Positions 8,194-18,594 are shown, numbered from the stretch's first letter. The stretch is DNA of 47,783 bases from Gemmatimonadales bacterium (GCA_038321865.1 JBBQFH010000027.1:1-47783); one strand, 5' to 3'. A program made the numbers and translations. Notes: a model not told the origin generated them from the letters alone.

Positions 8194-9471
8194 ATGCCAC
8201 CGATTTACGCCGTCGGCCTGCTCGCTGGACTCGCGCTGGCCTCACTCCTGTTGCCGGGGACCACTGCGCGGCGAACGGCCGCGCTGGGCATCGTGGCGGC
8301 GGCCCTCGGTCAGGCGGGCGCGGCGGTGACCGGCGCTGACCGGCTGGAAGTGGTCTCGCTGCCGGCGAGCACGCTTGCGGTCGATGGCGGGCTGGTCCTC
8401 CTCGGTACGGCGCTCCTCGCCGCCGCCGGCCTGCATTCGCTGCGGCGCAGCGGGCCGCCCGCCGCGACGAGCGCCGGGCTTCTCCTGCTCACGGGTGCGA
8501 TGGTCTGGATGAGCTGGCCGCTCCTGGAGGCGGCGGGGCCGGCCAGAGCCGCAGCTGGAGCGCTGACGCTCGCGGCGACCTGCCTCGCGGTCTTCCAGCT
8601 GGGTCGACTCACCGGGTTGGGCGGCGCCCTGCGCCGCGCCGACGCCCGGATCACCCTCGACGCTGCCATCGGGTCGGGCCGGCGCCCGGCGTCCGTCCCT
8701 GCCGCCCTTGCGGCGGCAGGGGCAACCGCAGCGATCGCTGCGCCACACCTCGGGTTCGTGCTCGCGGGCGCCCTGATCGCCGCCGGTGCATGGCCCGCTG
8801 CCCTTCGGCAGTACCGGCGCGCGATCGTGCTCACGGTGCTCGGCGCATTGGCGCTTGGGCGCGCCGCGTGGCTCATGCGGGCGATGGCCGGGCCAGACGG
8901 CCTGGGCATGTCGGGGCTGCACGACTCCCCTTTCAGCCAGGCCGCGGAGACTTTGCTCATTCCGCTGATCGCCCTCGGGGCATTCGGATTTTTCGGACTC
9001 TGGCCGCTGCACGGTGCGCGCGGCGGTGTCCTCGTGCCGGTCGGCGTCGCGCTGCTGGTGCGGGTGGCTAGTGCGTTGCCGCAGGGATTGCAGGAGTGGC
9101 AGACGGTGCTCGTGCCCATTGGCGTGTTCGCCGTATGGCACGCGGCGGTGACGCGACGGCCCGGGGAGCTGCTCGGTGCGGGCGCGTGGCTGGCGTGCGT
9201 GGCGAGCACCGGCGAGCCGGCGGCGGCCGCGGCGTGCGGGCTTTCGGCGGCGGCGTTCTCGCTGACGCTCGGAGACCTGCTGCCGGGCCGGAGCGGCAGC
9301 ATCCTGCGGCGCGGCGCCTGGCTGCTCGCCGCCGTCGGTGGCGCACTCGCGCTCCGCCCTGCGCTGGCTGCCGAGGTGGTGTATACCGTCCTCGCCGTGG
9401 CGGGGACGGCCGTCGCCATCGCCTCCGGCGCGCCCAAGCCTGCCGCCCCGCTCGCCGGAGCGCCCACATGA
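8194..9471 (+). CDS. multi-pass membrane protein, possibly distantly related to NuoN/Mrp-type subunits
   Basis: Many Ala/Leu-rich hydrophobic segments; GLWPLHG resembles the FPFH.W motif; ATGA coupling to the next gene. Confidence 0.6.
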   Translation: MPPIYAVGLLAGLALASLLLPGTTARRTAALGIVAAALGQAGAAVTGADRLEVVSLPASTLAVDGGLVLLGTALLAAAGLHSLRRSGPPAATSAGLLLLTGAMVWMSWPLLEAAGPARAAAGALTLAATCLAVFQLGRLTGLGGALRRADARITLDAAIGSGRRPASVPAALAAAGATAAIAAPHLGFVLAGALIAAGAWPAALRQYRRAIVLTVLGALALGRAAWLMRAMAGPDGLGMSGLHDSPFSQAAETLLIPLIALGAFGFFGLWPLHGARGGVLVPVGVALLVRVASALPQGLQEWQTVLVPIGVFAVWHAAVTRRPGELLGAGAWLACVASTGEPAAAAACGLSAAAFSLTLGDLLPGRSGSILRRGAWLLAAVGGALALRPALAAEVVYTVLAVAGTAVAIASGAPKPAAPLAGAPT

Positions 9472-10337
9472 TGATTGCGATGGCGGCCGCGCTCCTGCTC
9501 GCGTCGCCGGCCGACACGTCGATTCGCGATCTGGCGGTCGCGCCGGGGGAGACGCTCCGCGTGACGGCCGAGGGCGCCGGCCGCCCGATCGTGCTGATTC
9601 CCGGGCTGTACGGCGCGGCGTACAGCTACCGCAACCTCATCCCGGTTCTGGCGCGGGAGGGTTGGAGGGTCGTCGTCATCGAGCCGCTGGGCACAGGCTG
9701 GTCGGGCCACCCGGGTCACGCGGACTATTCACTCACGGCGCAGGCGGATCGCATCGCGGCGGCGATGAATCTGCTGGGCATTCAGAGTGCGCTGGTTGTC
9801 AGCCAGGCGCTCGGCACCTCGATGGCGCTGCGTCTGGCCCTGCGCCACCCGGAGCGCGTGCGGGCGATCCTCTCGATTGATGGCGGGCCCGCGGAAACCG
9901 CCGCCACACCCGGCCTGCGGCGCGCGATGCGCTTCGCTGGGCTCCTGAAGCTGTTTGTCGGCGGTGGCACGGTGCGGCGGAAAGTCCGTCGGGGAATGAT
10001 CGACAACTCGGCCGACAGCGCCTGGGTGACCGACGACGCGGTGCGAGGCTACACCGACGGCGCGGCACGCGATGTCCGCGGCGCCATCACCGCGCTCCGT
10101 GGCATGGCAAGCTCGCGAGAACCGGAGGCGCTGCGCGATCGGCTGCATGAAATCCGGATTCCGGTCCGTCTCCTCGTCGGCCGAGCCACTCACGACAGCG
10201 GCCCGCATCCGGATGAAGTGCTGGAGCTCGAGCACGCAGTCCCCGATTTCGCGGTGGACACCGTATCCGGCGCAGGCCAGTTCGTCCAGGAGGAGCGGCC
10301 GGCGGCGGTGCTGAACGCGATCCGCCGGCTCAGGTGA
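9468..10337 (+). CDS. exported alpha/beta-hydrolase-fold protein lacking catalytic Ser and His
   Basis: GRPIVLIPG, EPLGTGWS, SQALG at the nucleophile elbow, HPERV, GAGQFVQEE. Confidence 0.85.
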   Translation: MMIAMAAALLLASPADTSIRDLAVAPGETLRVTAEGAGRPIVLIPGLYGAAYSYRNLIPVLAREGWRVVVIEPLGTGWSGHPGHADYSLTAQADRIAAAMNLLGIQSALVVSQALGTSMALRLALRHPERVRAILSIDGGPAETAATPGLRRAMRFAGLLKLFVGGGTVRRKVRRGMIDNSADSAWVTDDAVRGYTDGAARDVRGAITALRGMASSREPEALRDRLHEIRIPVRLLVGRATHDSGPHPDEVLELEHAVPDFAVDTVSGAGQFVQEERPAAVLNAIRRLR

Positions 10338-10347
10338 GCCGGGCCCG

Positions 10348-10680
10348 TTATGGAGCGACCGGCGCCGACTCCACGATCGGCTCGAGAATGTGCAGCGCCA
10401 CACTGGTGACGTGCTCGGCCACCCGTGCCCGATAGGCGACCATGTGAGGCGCGGACAAATGGGCCTCGAGCGCGGCAACGTCCCGCCATTTCTCGACGAC
10501 GATCACGGCGTCTGTCCGGATCTCCTCCTGACCTGCGATCCCGGTCGTGAGGTCGACCCCGGCAGCGTACTCGAGACAGCCTGCTTCCGCCCGTACGGGC
10601 GCGACGACCCGGGCGAACTCCGTCAGAAACGCCGGACGCGCCCCCGGGCGCAGCGCGATGGTGGCGATTACATGAATCAC
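10348..10680 (-). CDS. antibiotic biosynthesis monooxygenase / quinol monooxygenase (YgiN-like)
   Basis: VIHVIATI, VRAEAGCLEY, VVEKW...ALEAHL.APHM; GAGG SD before GTG. Confidence 0.85.
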   Translation of the reverse strand: MIHVIATIALRPGARPAFLTEFARVVAPVRAEAGCLEYAAGVDLTTGIAGQEEIRTDAVIVVEKWRDVAALEAHLSAPHMVAYRARVAEHVTSVALHILEPIVESAPVAP

Positions 10681-10742
10681 ACGCGACCTCGGTTCAGGAT
10701 AGTCTGCCCATGCCCCAGCGGAGTATAGCTTCGCGCCGCGCG

Positions 10743-10771
10743 TTGACCCTCCTCCCGCAGCTTCCCATATT
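10743..10771 (+). promoter_or_regulatory. putative sigma-70 promoter of sod
   Basis: TTGACC-17 nt-CATATT. Confidence 0.5.
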
Positions 10772-10828
10772 TCGCCCGACCTGCCGACCGGGCAGATGCG
10801 AGACCGAGCCCACCCCGAGGAGTTCATC

Positions 10829-11443
10829 ATGGCCCACAGCCTTCCGCCGCTTCCGTATGCATACAACGCGCTGGAACCGCACATCGACGAGCAGACGATG
10901 CGCATCCATCACGACAAGCATCACCAGGCGTACATCACCAACCTGAATGCCGGTCTGGAGGGACACCCCGACCTGCAGAACAAGTCCGTCGAGCAGCTCA
11001 TCGCCAGCATTGACGCGCTGCCGGAGGCCATCCGCATGCCGGTCCGGAACAACGGCGGCGGCCACGCCAACCATACGTTTTTCTGGGAGCTGATGCAGCC
11101 GGGCGGGGCGCGCGAGCCGGCCGGCGCGCTGGCGCAGGCGATCGACCAGGGATTCGGCGGATTCACGCCGTTCAAGGAGCAGTTCGCCAAGGCGTGCGCG
11201 ACCCGGTTCGGCAGCGGCTGGGGCTGGCTCACGGTCGCCAAGGACGGCTCGCTCGCGATCGAGAGCACTCCGAACCAGGACAGCCCGCTGATGAGCGGAA
11301 AGGTGCCCGTGATCGGCTGCGACGTGTGGGAGCACGCCTACTACCTCAAGTATCAGAACCGCCGCCCGGACTACGTGACGGCCTGGTGGAACGTGGTCAA
11401 CTGGACCGAGGCCGGGAAGCGATTCGAGCAGGCGGGAAAGTAG
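10829..11443 (+). CDS. sodA: superoxide dismutase (Mn type)
   Basis: [49 protein letters not shown]. Confidence 0.95.
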   Translation: MAHSLPPLPYAYNALEPHIDEQTMRIHHDKHHQAYITNLNAGLEGHPDLQNKSVEQLIASIDALPEAIRMPVRNNGGGHANHTFFWELMQPGGAREPAGALAQAIDQGFGGFTPFKEQFAKACATRFGSGWGWLTVAKDGSLAIESTPNQDSPLMSGKVPVIGCDVWEHAYYLKYQNRRPDYVTAWWNVVNWTEAGKRFEQAGK

Positions 11444-11466
11444 CTCGCGCGGCCGCCGGCCGCGCC

Positions 11467-12756
11467 ATGCTCGGCGGCGACTGGCCGGAGCCCGAGTCAG
11501 CGCTCAGCCGCAGCCTGCCCGGAGCGGAGCACCACGAATGGCGGGACGCCGGCCGGCGGATCACGGTCACCGGTCACTCGGATAGCGCGGCGCTCGAGGC
11601 AGTTGCTTCGTCGCTGCGTGTCCGCATCCGCCGTGCGCTCTTCGTCAACGGACAACCGGCGCTGCCGGGAGATGTCCGTCGCACGCCGACCGGAGTCTCC
11701 CGGGGACTCCTGGCCGGATCCACGCCGGTCCGCGAACGCATCATGGCCGCACTCTAGCTGCCCGTCCTGCTCTGGGAGCTGGGCGGCGGCACGGGTGCGT
11801 CCGTCGAGGCGGACCTCCAGATCGAAGTAGTGCCGACGCCGGAGGACGTGAAACACGGAGTCGCGCGTATCGAGGAGCGGGGCGGCGGCGACACCGGGAT
11901 GATGATCGGTTCGCCGGGGTTGGCTGAGGGCGTGCTGCTGCTGGTGAGCGAAGGCGCAGCACTCGCCCGGTCATCGGGGGATGAGTGGCCGGCACGGATC
12001 CGAGTCTCAGGACCGGGCCCCGTCCGCCTCGCCGTGATCATGGCGATCGATGGCGCCGACCTGGCGCGGTCGCTGGACCTCCTTGGGCGGAAGGGCCCCG
12101 GCGGACTGGCGATGCAACGCCTTCAGCATGCTCGTGTGGTGCGGGATTACGGCATCGCGATTGAATCTCCGGATGCGGAGCTCGATCGCTCCCTCGAGTG
12201 GGCCAAGCTGGACGCCGACGCCGCCGCGTTGCTCGCCGCCGGCCTGCGCGATCCGGCCAGAACCGCGCTGAGGCGCCTGCGGCCGGACACCGCGCGCGGC
12301 ATGCAGCTCGCGCGCTGCTGGGCTTCGTGGGTGGGGGAGCCGGCCGTGGTCGGCCCGACCGACATCGCACCACCCTCATCCGACACCCTCGCGGCGGTCG
12401 CACGTGGAGCCTCTGACGATACCATTGCCTATGTCATCGACGATCTCTGGGGTGTGAAGCCCGACGCCCTTCGGCACGCAGTAACCCTGGCTCCGGCGTT
12501 GCCGAACGGCTGGGACGGGATGACGCTCCGGCGGCTGCGCGTGGGGCCGACCGCACTGGCGTGCTCGCTGCGCCGGCGCTCCGGCCGCATCGTGGCGCGA
12601 GTGACGCGGCTCATCGGCCCGCCCATCAACGTGACCCTCAGCCTGAGGAATCAGCCGACGCTCTCCGTTGCGGTCGACGGCATGACCCTGGGCGGTGCGC
12701 GGGCGCGGTTCGACGCGGGCGCCGATCACGAGGTGGTATTCGAGCTGCCCGGCTGA
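11467..12756 (+). pseudogene. hypothetical protein (possible degenerate glycoside-hydrolase-like C-terminus) split by one in-frame TAG at 11755-11757
   Basis: ORFs ending 11757 and starting 11830 share a frame and read ERIMAAL*LPVLLWELGG across the stop. The C-terminal LWGVKPDA...LAPALPNGWDGMTLRRLRVG resembles GH tail domains. Confidence 0.55.
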
Positions 12757-12815
12757 GGCGCGAGCGCGCCGGGCCAATGGTATCTTATCTGCGCCAAACT
12801 CCTCCAAGGACCGCG

Positions 12816-13319
12816 ATGCTGCGCCTGCGTTCCGCCGCGCTGCTGGCTGGCGTGCTGTTCCTGGCTTCCTGCCAGATCGAAGACCGGACCCCCACGGGCA
12901 GCCGCCGGGATGACGACGCGATCCGCGCCGTTCTCGCCACGTATTACCGCGCGCTGGGCGAGCGGGACCTTGCCGGAAGCCGCGCGATGTTCTGGGACAG
13001 CGCGTCGGTGGAACTGCGGTCCGTGCTGCCCGATACCGCCTGGCGCGACTTCCGCAGTGCAGACGCGTACCACACCTTTCTTCGGCATGCGTATGCCGGG
13101 GACCGCACCTCGCTCATCGCGGTACGAATGTTCCGCATCGACGTCCGCCAGCAGGGCGACGTGGCGAGCGCCTGGATCATCACACGACGGCGACCGCTCC
13201 ACGGCGAGGGCCGCGCCGAAGTCGGCACCGCAGACAACCTGGTGCTTCGGCGCTCGGCGTCCGGGTGGCGCATCGTCTCCCTCGTCTCCGTTCCCGACAA
13301 TTCGGCCTCGGCCCGCTGA
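12816..13319 (+). CDS. NTF2/SnoaL-like lipoprotein
   Basis: Lipobox LASC, AIRAVL..YY.AL, GDVA.AW, LVLRRS..GWRIV. Confidence 0.8.
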   Translation: MLRLRSAALLAGVLFLASCQIEDRTPTGSRRDDDAIRAVLATYYRALGERDLAGSRAMFWDSASVELRSVLPDTAWRDFRSADAYHTFLRHAYAGDRTSLIAVRMFRIDVRQQGDVASAWIITRRRPLHGEGRAEVGTADNLVLRRSASGWRIVSLVSVPDNSASAR

Positions 13320-13326
13320 CGCGCAC

Positions 13327-14817
13327 ATGACGCCGGTCGAGACCCTCGCCGAAGTCGCGCGCAGCCTGAATTCCGCCCGCCCGCCGGCCGACGCCCTCGC
13401 CTTGGTGGCGGAGTCGATTCGCCAGGGCGCGGCCGCGGCGTCCGTCGCCGTCTGGCTCCGCGAGCCGGGCGCGATGACCTACTACGCCATCACCTCCCCC
13501 TCCGGTCCGATGCAGGTCGTGCCGTCGCTCGCGGCGATTCCGCTCGCGTCCGATGGATCGCGGGCCGACCTGTGGCGTGACGGCGTTGGGCTGGGCGCGC
13601 TCACGGTGATCGGGGGCGGCCCCGATACCGCCGCACTCCTGAGCGTCGCCGCGGATATCCTCGCGCCGTATCTGGCGTCGCTTCAGCGGGCAGCCGAGCT
13701 CAGCCTCGAGGTGGCGGTGCAATCCCGGGCGATCGAGGACGAGCGCCGCTTCACGAGCCTCGTGATCGACAGCCTGCCGGTGGGACTCTACGTGGTGGAC
13801 CGGGAGTACCGCATCCGGGTGTGGAATCGCAAGCGCGAGACGGGGACGCAGGGCCTTCGGCGCGACGACGTCGTGGGCCGGAGCGTCTTCGACGTGCTCA
13901 CGCGGCAGCCGGCGGACGAGCTGCGCACGGAGTTTGATACGGTCTTCGCCACCGGCGGCATCCGCGAAGCCGATCTCGAGGTTTCCGGCCCGGACGGGAG
14001 CTCCTGGTACCGCATCACGCGCATTCCGATGCGGCTGGATGGCGACGCGATCAGCCATGTCATCACCATTGGCGAGGATGTGAGTGCGCGCCTCGCGATG
14101 CAGCAGCACGCGCTGCAGTCCGAGAAGCTCGCCGCGATCGGACAGCTGGCGGCCGGCGTGATGCACGAAATCAACAATCCCCTCGCGACCATCGGCGCGT
14201 GCGTCGCCGCCTGTGAAATGCGGCTGCGGGATGTGACCGGCGCCGGCGTCGCCGCACTCCTGGAGTACTGCGAGATCATGGACAAGGAAGTGCAGCGATG
14301 CACGATGATCGTCGATGGCCTGCTGGACTTCAGCCGGCCGCAGGGCAAGACGAAGCGCAGAGCGGAGCTCGCCCGCATCGCCGACGACACCCTGTTCCTG
14401 CTCAAGCATCACCCGCGGTTCAGATCGCTGACGCTGGTCCGGAAAGACGATCCGGCCGTGCCGCCGGTGCTGGCAAACGTCGAACAGCTGATTCAGGTCC
14501 TCATGGCCATCATGCTGAATGCCCTGGACGCGATGGAGCATGGCGGGCGCCTTGGCGTCCGGACGCGCACCGGTCCGCGCCCGGGAGAAGTGGCGGTGGA
14601 GGTTGAGGACAGCGGCGCCGGCATTCCGGCGGCGGATCACGGAAGGATTTTCGAGCCGTTCTATACGACCAAGCCGCCGGGGCGGGGCACCGGCCTTGGC
14701 CTGTCGATTTGCTACGGGGTGGTCCAGGAGCATGGCGGCCGGATCGAAGTGGAGAGCCAGCCGGGGAAGGGCACCCTCTTTCGGATCGTGCTGCCGGCCG
14801 CGCGGGAGAGCGCATGA
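13327..14817 (+). CDS. cytoplasmic PAS sensor histidine kinase (NtrB-like H-box)
   Basis: PAS (SLPVGLYVVD..YRI..WN), QSEKLAAIGQLAAGVMHEINNPL, NALDA, DSGAGI, FEPFYTTK, GTGLGL. Confidence 0.92.
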   Translation: MTPVETLAEVARSLNSARPPADALALVAESIRQGAAAASVAVWLREPGAMTYYAITSPSGPMQVVPSLAAIPLASDGSRADLWRDGVGLGALTVIGGGPDTAALLSVAADILAPYLASLQRAAELSLEVAVQSRAIEDERRFTSLVIDSLPVGLYVVDREYRIRVWNRKRETGTQGLRRDDVVGRSVFDVLTRQPADELRTEFDTVFATGGIREADLEVSGPDGSSWYRITRIPMRLDGDAISHVITIGEDVSARLAMQQHALQSEKLAAIGQLAAGVMHEINNPLATIGACVAACEMRLRDVTGAGVAALLEYCEIMDKEVQRCTMIVDGLLDFSRPQGKTKRRAELARIADDTLFLLKHHPRFRSLTLVRKDDPAVPPVLANVEQLIQVLMAIMLNALDAMEHGGRLGVRTRTGPRPGEVAVEVEDSGAGIPAADHGRIFEPFYTTKPPGRGTGLGLSICYGVVQEHGGRIEVESQPGKGTLFRIVLPAARESA

Positions 14818-15482
14818 AGATCCTGGTGATCGAGGACGATCGCACGGTGGGCGAATACGTCAAGCGCGGGCTGGAGGAGCAGCAGTATCATGCCGACCTC
14901 GTCGCCGACGGCATGGAGGGGCTGCGTCTCGCGTCGGGCGGGCAGTACGACCTCCTGGTGCTGGACCTGCGGCTGCCGGGGATGACCGGCCTCGAGATTC
15001 TCCGGACGCTGCGCGATCGCGGGCACACCACCCCGATTCTCGTGCTTACGGCCCAGGATGCGGTCGACTTCAAGGTGCAGGCGTTGCGATCGGGGGCCGA
15101 TGACTACGTCACCAAGCCCTTCGCCTTCGAGGAGCTGCTCGCGCGCGTCGAGGCGCTCGGCCGCCGGCCGCAGCAACTCCGGACGCCGGTCATCCGGGTC
15201 GCCGACCTGGAGCTGGATATCGCGACCCGCGAGGTCCGGCGGGGTGGACAGCCGATCGAGCTCACGCCCAAGGAGTATGCAGTCCTCGAGTATCTCATGC
15301 GGCATTCGCCGCGGGTCATGTCGCGAACGCTGATCACGGAATACGCCTGGGACTATCACTTCGATCCGGGCACGAACATCGTCGACGTCGTCATCAATCG
15401 ATTGCGCAAGAAGGTCGATGCGGCACAGGGGACCAAGCTCGTTCACACGGTCCGGGGCATCGGGTACGTCGTGAAGGCGTGA
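14814..15482 (+). CDS. OmpR-family response regulator (CusR/CzcR-like)
   Basis: MKILVIEDD, LDLRLPG, GADDYVTKPF, winged helix TNIVDV.I.RLRKK, TVRGIGY. Confidence 0.95.
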   Translation: MKILVIEDDRTVGEYVKRGLEEQQYHADLVADGMEGLRLASGGQYDLLVLDLRLPGMTGLEILRTLRDRGHTTPILVLTAQDAVDFKVQALRSGADDYVTKPFAFEELLARVEALGRRPQQLRTPVIRVADLELDIATREVRRGGQPIELTPKEYAVLEYLMRHSPRVMSRTLITEYAWDYHFDPGTNIVDVVINRLRKKVDAAQGTKLVHTVRGIGYVVKA

Positions 15483-15483
15483 C

Positions 15484-16956
15484 GTGGAAACCATCCGCGG
15501 CAAGCTCACGATCTGGTTCACCGTCGCCCTCGTGCTCGCGCTTGCCGCGTTCGCCGGGGCGCTCTACTACGAGCTGAAGCAGCCCAGCGATATCGCGCTC
15601 GACCAGCGGACGGAGCTGGAGACGAGCTTCGCGGTGAAGTGGCTGGAGGATTCCTACCGGAGCGTGGGCGAGCTCGTGGTAGCGGATACGACGGGCTACA
15701 ATCTCCCCCCCACCATCAAGTCGCGCATCAGCGCGGCATTCGAGAGTTCCCGCGATTACCTGGTCGTCACTGGCGACTCCGGCGACGTCGTGTTCGCGTC
15801 CGACGCCGCCCGGAACCTGCGGTTCGAGGCGCTGCAGGCGCTCGCGGGAAAGGCGCGGCGAGCCCGCGTCGGCGACCGCGTCGGCACCATCGAGCTCGAC
15901 TCCGCGTCGCGCGTGCGTTACCGCGTCGCGCCGGTCGATGGTGCCGGTCCTGGGATCGCCGCCATCCTGGTGGCGACTCCGCGGGACAATCTCACCTTCG
16001 ACCCCGGGCTGATTCTCCGGGCGATGGGCGTGGTCGCCCCGCTGATCATCCTGGTCTCGGTCGGCCTGGGCTACTGGCTCGCGGGGCGCGCGCTCAGGCC
16101 GGTGCAGGTGATCACCGACGAAGTCGACGCGATCACCGACGGACGAAGCCTGCACCGGCGTCTCGCGGTGGCGCGCTCCAGCGACGAGATCTCACGTCTG
16201 GCCCTGACGCTCAACGGCATGCTGGCGCGGCTCGAGCAGAGCTTCGGAAGCCTCCATCGCTTCACCGCCGACGCGAGCCATGAGCTCAAGACGCCGCTCA
16301 TGGTGCTGCGCGCCGGTGTGGAGCGCGCCCTCACCCATCCCGGCACGCCGTCGGAAATCCTCGGCTCGCTCGACGAGACGCTGGAGCAGATCAACCGGAT
16401 GACGGAAATGGTGGAAAACCTGCTGACGCTGGCGCGCGCCGACGAAGGCCGGACGCCGCTGGCGGTCGAGCAGGTGGACCTCCGCGAACTCGTGGGCGAG
16501 GCATCCGAGACGGCAGGCATGCTCGCCGAGGCCGGCGCGTTGACGGTGACGACGGTGATTCCGGGTGAGCCGGTGATGCTCGCCGTGGACCGGCACCGGA
16601 TCCGGGAACTGCTGCTGAACCTCGTCACCAACGCGGTGAAATACACGCCGGCGGGCGGACATGTGGATCTCGAGCTCGTGGACCGCGACACCGGCGTAGT
16701 GGTCATGGTACGGGATACCGGTATCGGGATCGCTCCGGGCGATCTCCCGCACATCTTCGACCGGTTCTGGCGTGCCGACCCGGCCCGGTCCCGCACCGGC
16801 GACCGCCCCGGCACCGGACTGGGCCTGGCGATCACCAAGTGGATTGCGGAAGCGCATGGCGGTGCCATCACCGTCCAGAGCCGGCCGGGACGGGGAACCA
16901 GTTTTACCGTCACGCTGCCTCGCGCGGAAGTCGCCGCGCCGATGCCGACGGGCTGA
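15484..16956 (+). CDS. membrane HAMP sensor histidine kinase (CusS-like)
   Basis: Two TM helices, HAMP, DASHELKTPL, NAVKY, DTGIGI, GTGLGL. Confidence 0.93.
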   Translation: METIRGKLTIWFTVALVLALAAFAGALYYELKQPSDIALDQRTELETSFAVKWLEDSYRSVGELVVADTTGYNLPPTIKSRISAAFESSRDYLVVTGDSGDVVFASDAARNLRFEALQALAGKARRARVGDRVGTIELDSASRVRYRVAPVDGAGPGIAAILVATPRDNLTFDPGLILRAMGVVAPLIILVSVGLGYWLAGRALRPVQVITDEVDAITDGRSLHRRLAVARSSDEISRLALTLNGMLARLEQSFGSLHRFTADASHELKTPLMVLRAGVERALTHPGTPSEILGSLDETLEQINRMTEMVENLLTLARADEGRTPLAVEQVDLRELVGEASETAGMLAEAGALTVTTVIPGEPVMLAVDRHRIRELLLNLVTNAVKYTPAGGHVDLELVDRDTGVVVMVRDTGIGIAPGDLPHIFDRFWRADPARSRTGDRPGTGLGLAITKWIAEAHGGAITVQSRPGRGTSFTVTLPRAEVAAPMPTG

Positions 16957-16996
16957 GTCGAGGGCGGCATGGCTGCGCCCGGAATCGCTAACGGAT

Positions 16997-17025
16997 TTGT
17001 CACCAAATTGTCATGTGGGCGTCAG
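16997..17025 (+). promoter_or_regulatory. Pho-box-like / OmpR-family 11-bp tandem direct repeat
   Basis: TTGTCAC-CAAA-TTGTCAT-GTGG-GCGTCAG; GTCA at 16999, 17010, 17021. Confidence 0.65.
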
Positions 17026-17090
17026 CGGGCTGCTAGGCGGCCGGGGATAGGTTGAGAGCACGTGAGAGTCTCCTCAGTGGAGGTGGGTAC

Positions 17091-17789
17091 GTGTTTGACA
17101 ACCTGATCGAGTCCAAAGCCAAGAAGCAGAAGACGGTGGGCCAGGCGCTGACGTCGATCGTCGTGCACGCGATCATCATTTTGGCTGCGGTCTACGCAAC
17201 CAAGGGGATGGCCGAAGCGGCCGAGAACGCGCCGATTGACACCAATGTGGTGTTCATCAGGCCGCCTGACGCGGTCAAGCCGCCCGACCCGCCGCCGCCG
17301 CAGGACGTGGTCGTGAGCGCCAACCCGCCGCCCAAGGGGTTCCAGACGGTGGTCGCGCCGACGGACATTCCCAAGGACATTCCGCCGGTCGATCTCAACC
17401 AGAAGGCGTTCGACCCCCGGGATTTCACGGGCAAGGGTGTCGAGGGCGGTTTGGCGACGGGCATTGTCGGTGGGACCGGACCGGTGGACGTGGGCAGCGT
17501 GGTGGTGTCGTCGGCTGAAGCCGATGACCCGCCGCACATGATCACCCCGGGGCCGCTGCGCACGCCGAGCGGGTTTGAGGGAGTGCCGGGCCGGGTGATG
17601 CTGTCCTTTATCGTGGACACGCTCGGTCGGGCGGAGACCAACTCCGTCAAGGTGCAAAGCAGCACCAACAAGGTTTTCGAGGAGCCGGCGAAAGACGTGA
17701 TCCTCAAGGCGAATTTCAAGCCAGGGCGCAATGGCGGTCACGCGGTACGAGTGCTCGTTCAGCAGCCGGTCGTCTTCCAGGGCCAATAG
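17091..17789 (+). CDS. tonB: energy transducer TonB
   Basis: N-terminal TM with S..VH, Pro-rich linker, TonB-C (V.L.FIVD..G, FKPG); GGAGG SD. Confidence 0.88.
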   Translation: MFDNLIESKAKKQKTVGQALTSIVVHAIIILAAVYATKGMAEAAENAPIDTNVVFIRPPDAVKPPDPPPPQDVVVSANPPPKGFQTVVAPTDIPKDIPPVDLNQKAFDPRDFTGKGVEGGLATGIVGGTGPVDVGSVVVSSAEADDPPHMITPGPLRTPSGFEGVPGRVMLSFIVDTLGRAETNSVKVQSSTNKVFEEPAKDVILKANFKPGRNGGHAVRVLVQQPVVFQGQ

Positions 17790-17844
17790 GGTCTCGTGAC
17801 GCCGCGCGCTCCCGCGCGGCCGACGTTCTTTAACGGAGGCGCAG

Positions 17845-18594
17845 ATGAATCTCGATTTGGCGGCGATGTGGGCACAGATGGGCCCCTTCGCGAAGGGTAT
17901 CGTCATCATCCTCGCGATCATGTCGGTGTACTCGCTGACCGTCATGGTCACGAAGCTCATACAGATCATGCGGAGCCAGGCGGAAACCCGCCGCTTCGCC
18001 CCGCAGTTCTCGCGCGCCATCCAGGAAGAAAATCTGGACCAGGCGATCGCGCTGGCGGAAAAGAACAAGAAGAGCCATGTGTCGCGCGTGCTGGGGGAAG
18101 CGCTCGCTGAGGTGAAGCCACTCCTCCGCGATCGTGCCACGATCACCTCCGCGGACATCAATTCCTCCGAGCGTGCGGTCGAGCGCCAGATGCTGATCGT
18201 GCTGGCCGAATTCAAGCGCGGCACCGGCGTGCTGGCCACGGTCGGCTCGACGGCTCCGTTCGTCGGCCTCCTCGGCACCACGATGGGCATCATCACCGCC
18301 TTTACCGGCATGGCGGCGGGCGGCACCACCGGCGGCCTGGCCGGCGTCTCGGCCGGTATCGCCGAAGCGCTCATCACCACGGCTTTCGGACTCATGGTCG
18401 CGATTCCGGCGGTGTGGGGCTACAACTACTTCACGACGAAGATCGAGAACCTGACGGTCGAGATGACCTACACGTCGAAGGAGTTGATCGACTACCTCAT
18501 CAAGAGCGTCGGCAGCGAGTTCGGCCGGTCGATCTTCACCAAGGAATTCCAGGCCCAGAAGGCCGTGAGCGGCAGTGGTCACGTTGCCGGCTGA
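17845..18594 (+). CDS. exbB: MotA/TolQ/ExbB proton channel
   Basis: LATVGSTAPFVGLLGT, GIAEALITTA.GL.VAIPA. Confidence 0.92.
   Translation: MNLDLAAMWAQMGPFAKGIVIILAIMSVYSLTVMVTKLIQIMRSQAETRRFAPQFSRAIQEENLDQAIALAEKNKKSHVSRVLGEALAEVKPLLRDRATITSADINSSERAVERQMLIVLAEFKRGTGVLATVGSTAPFVGLLGTTMGIITAFTGMAAGGTTGGLAGVSAGIAEALITTAFGLMVAIPAVWGYNYFTTKIENLTVEMTYTSKELIDYLIKSVGSEFGRSIFTKEFQAQKAVSGSGHVAG

Noticed and set aside
11755..11757. Pyrrolysine or amber recoding
   Set aside because: TAG terminates sodA, the M6 protease and other genes here; no pyl genes and no catalytic-position argument.
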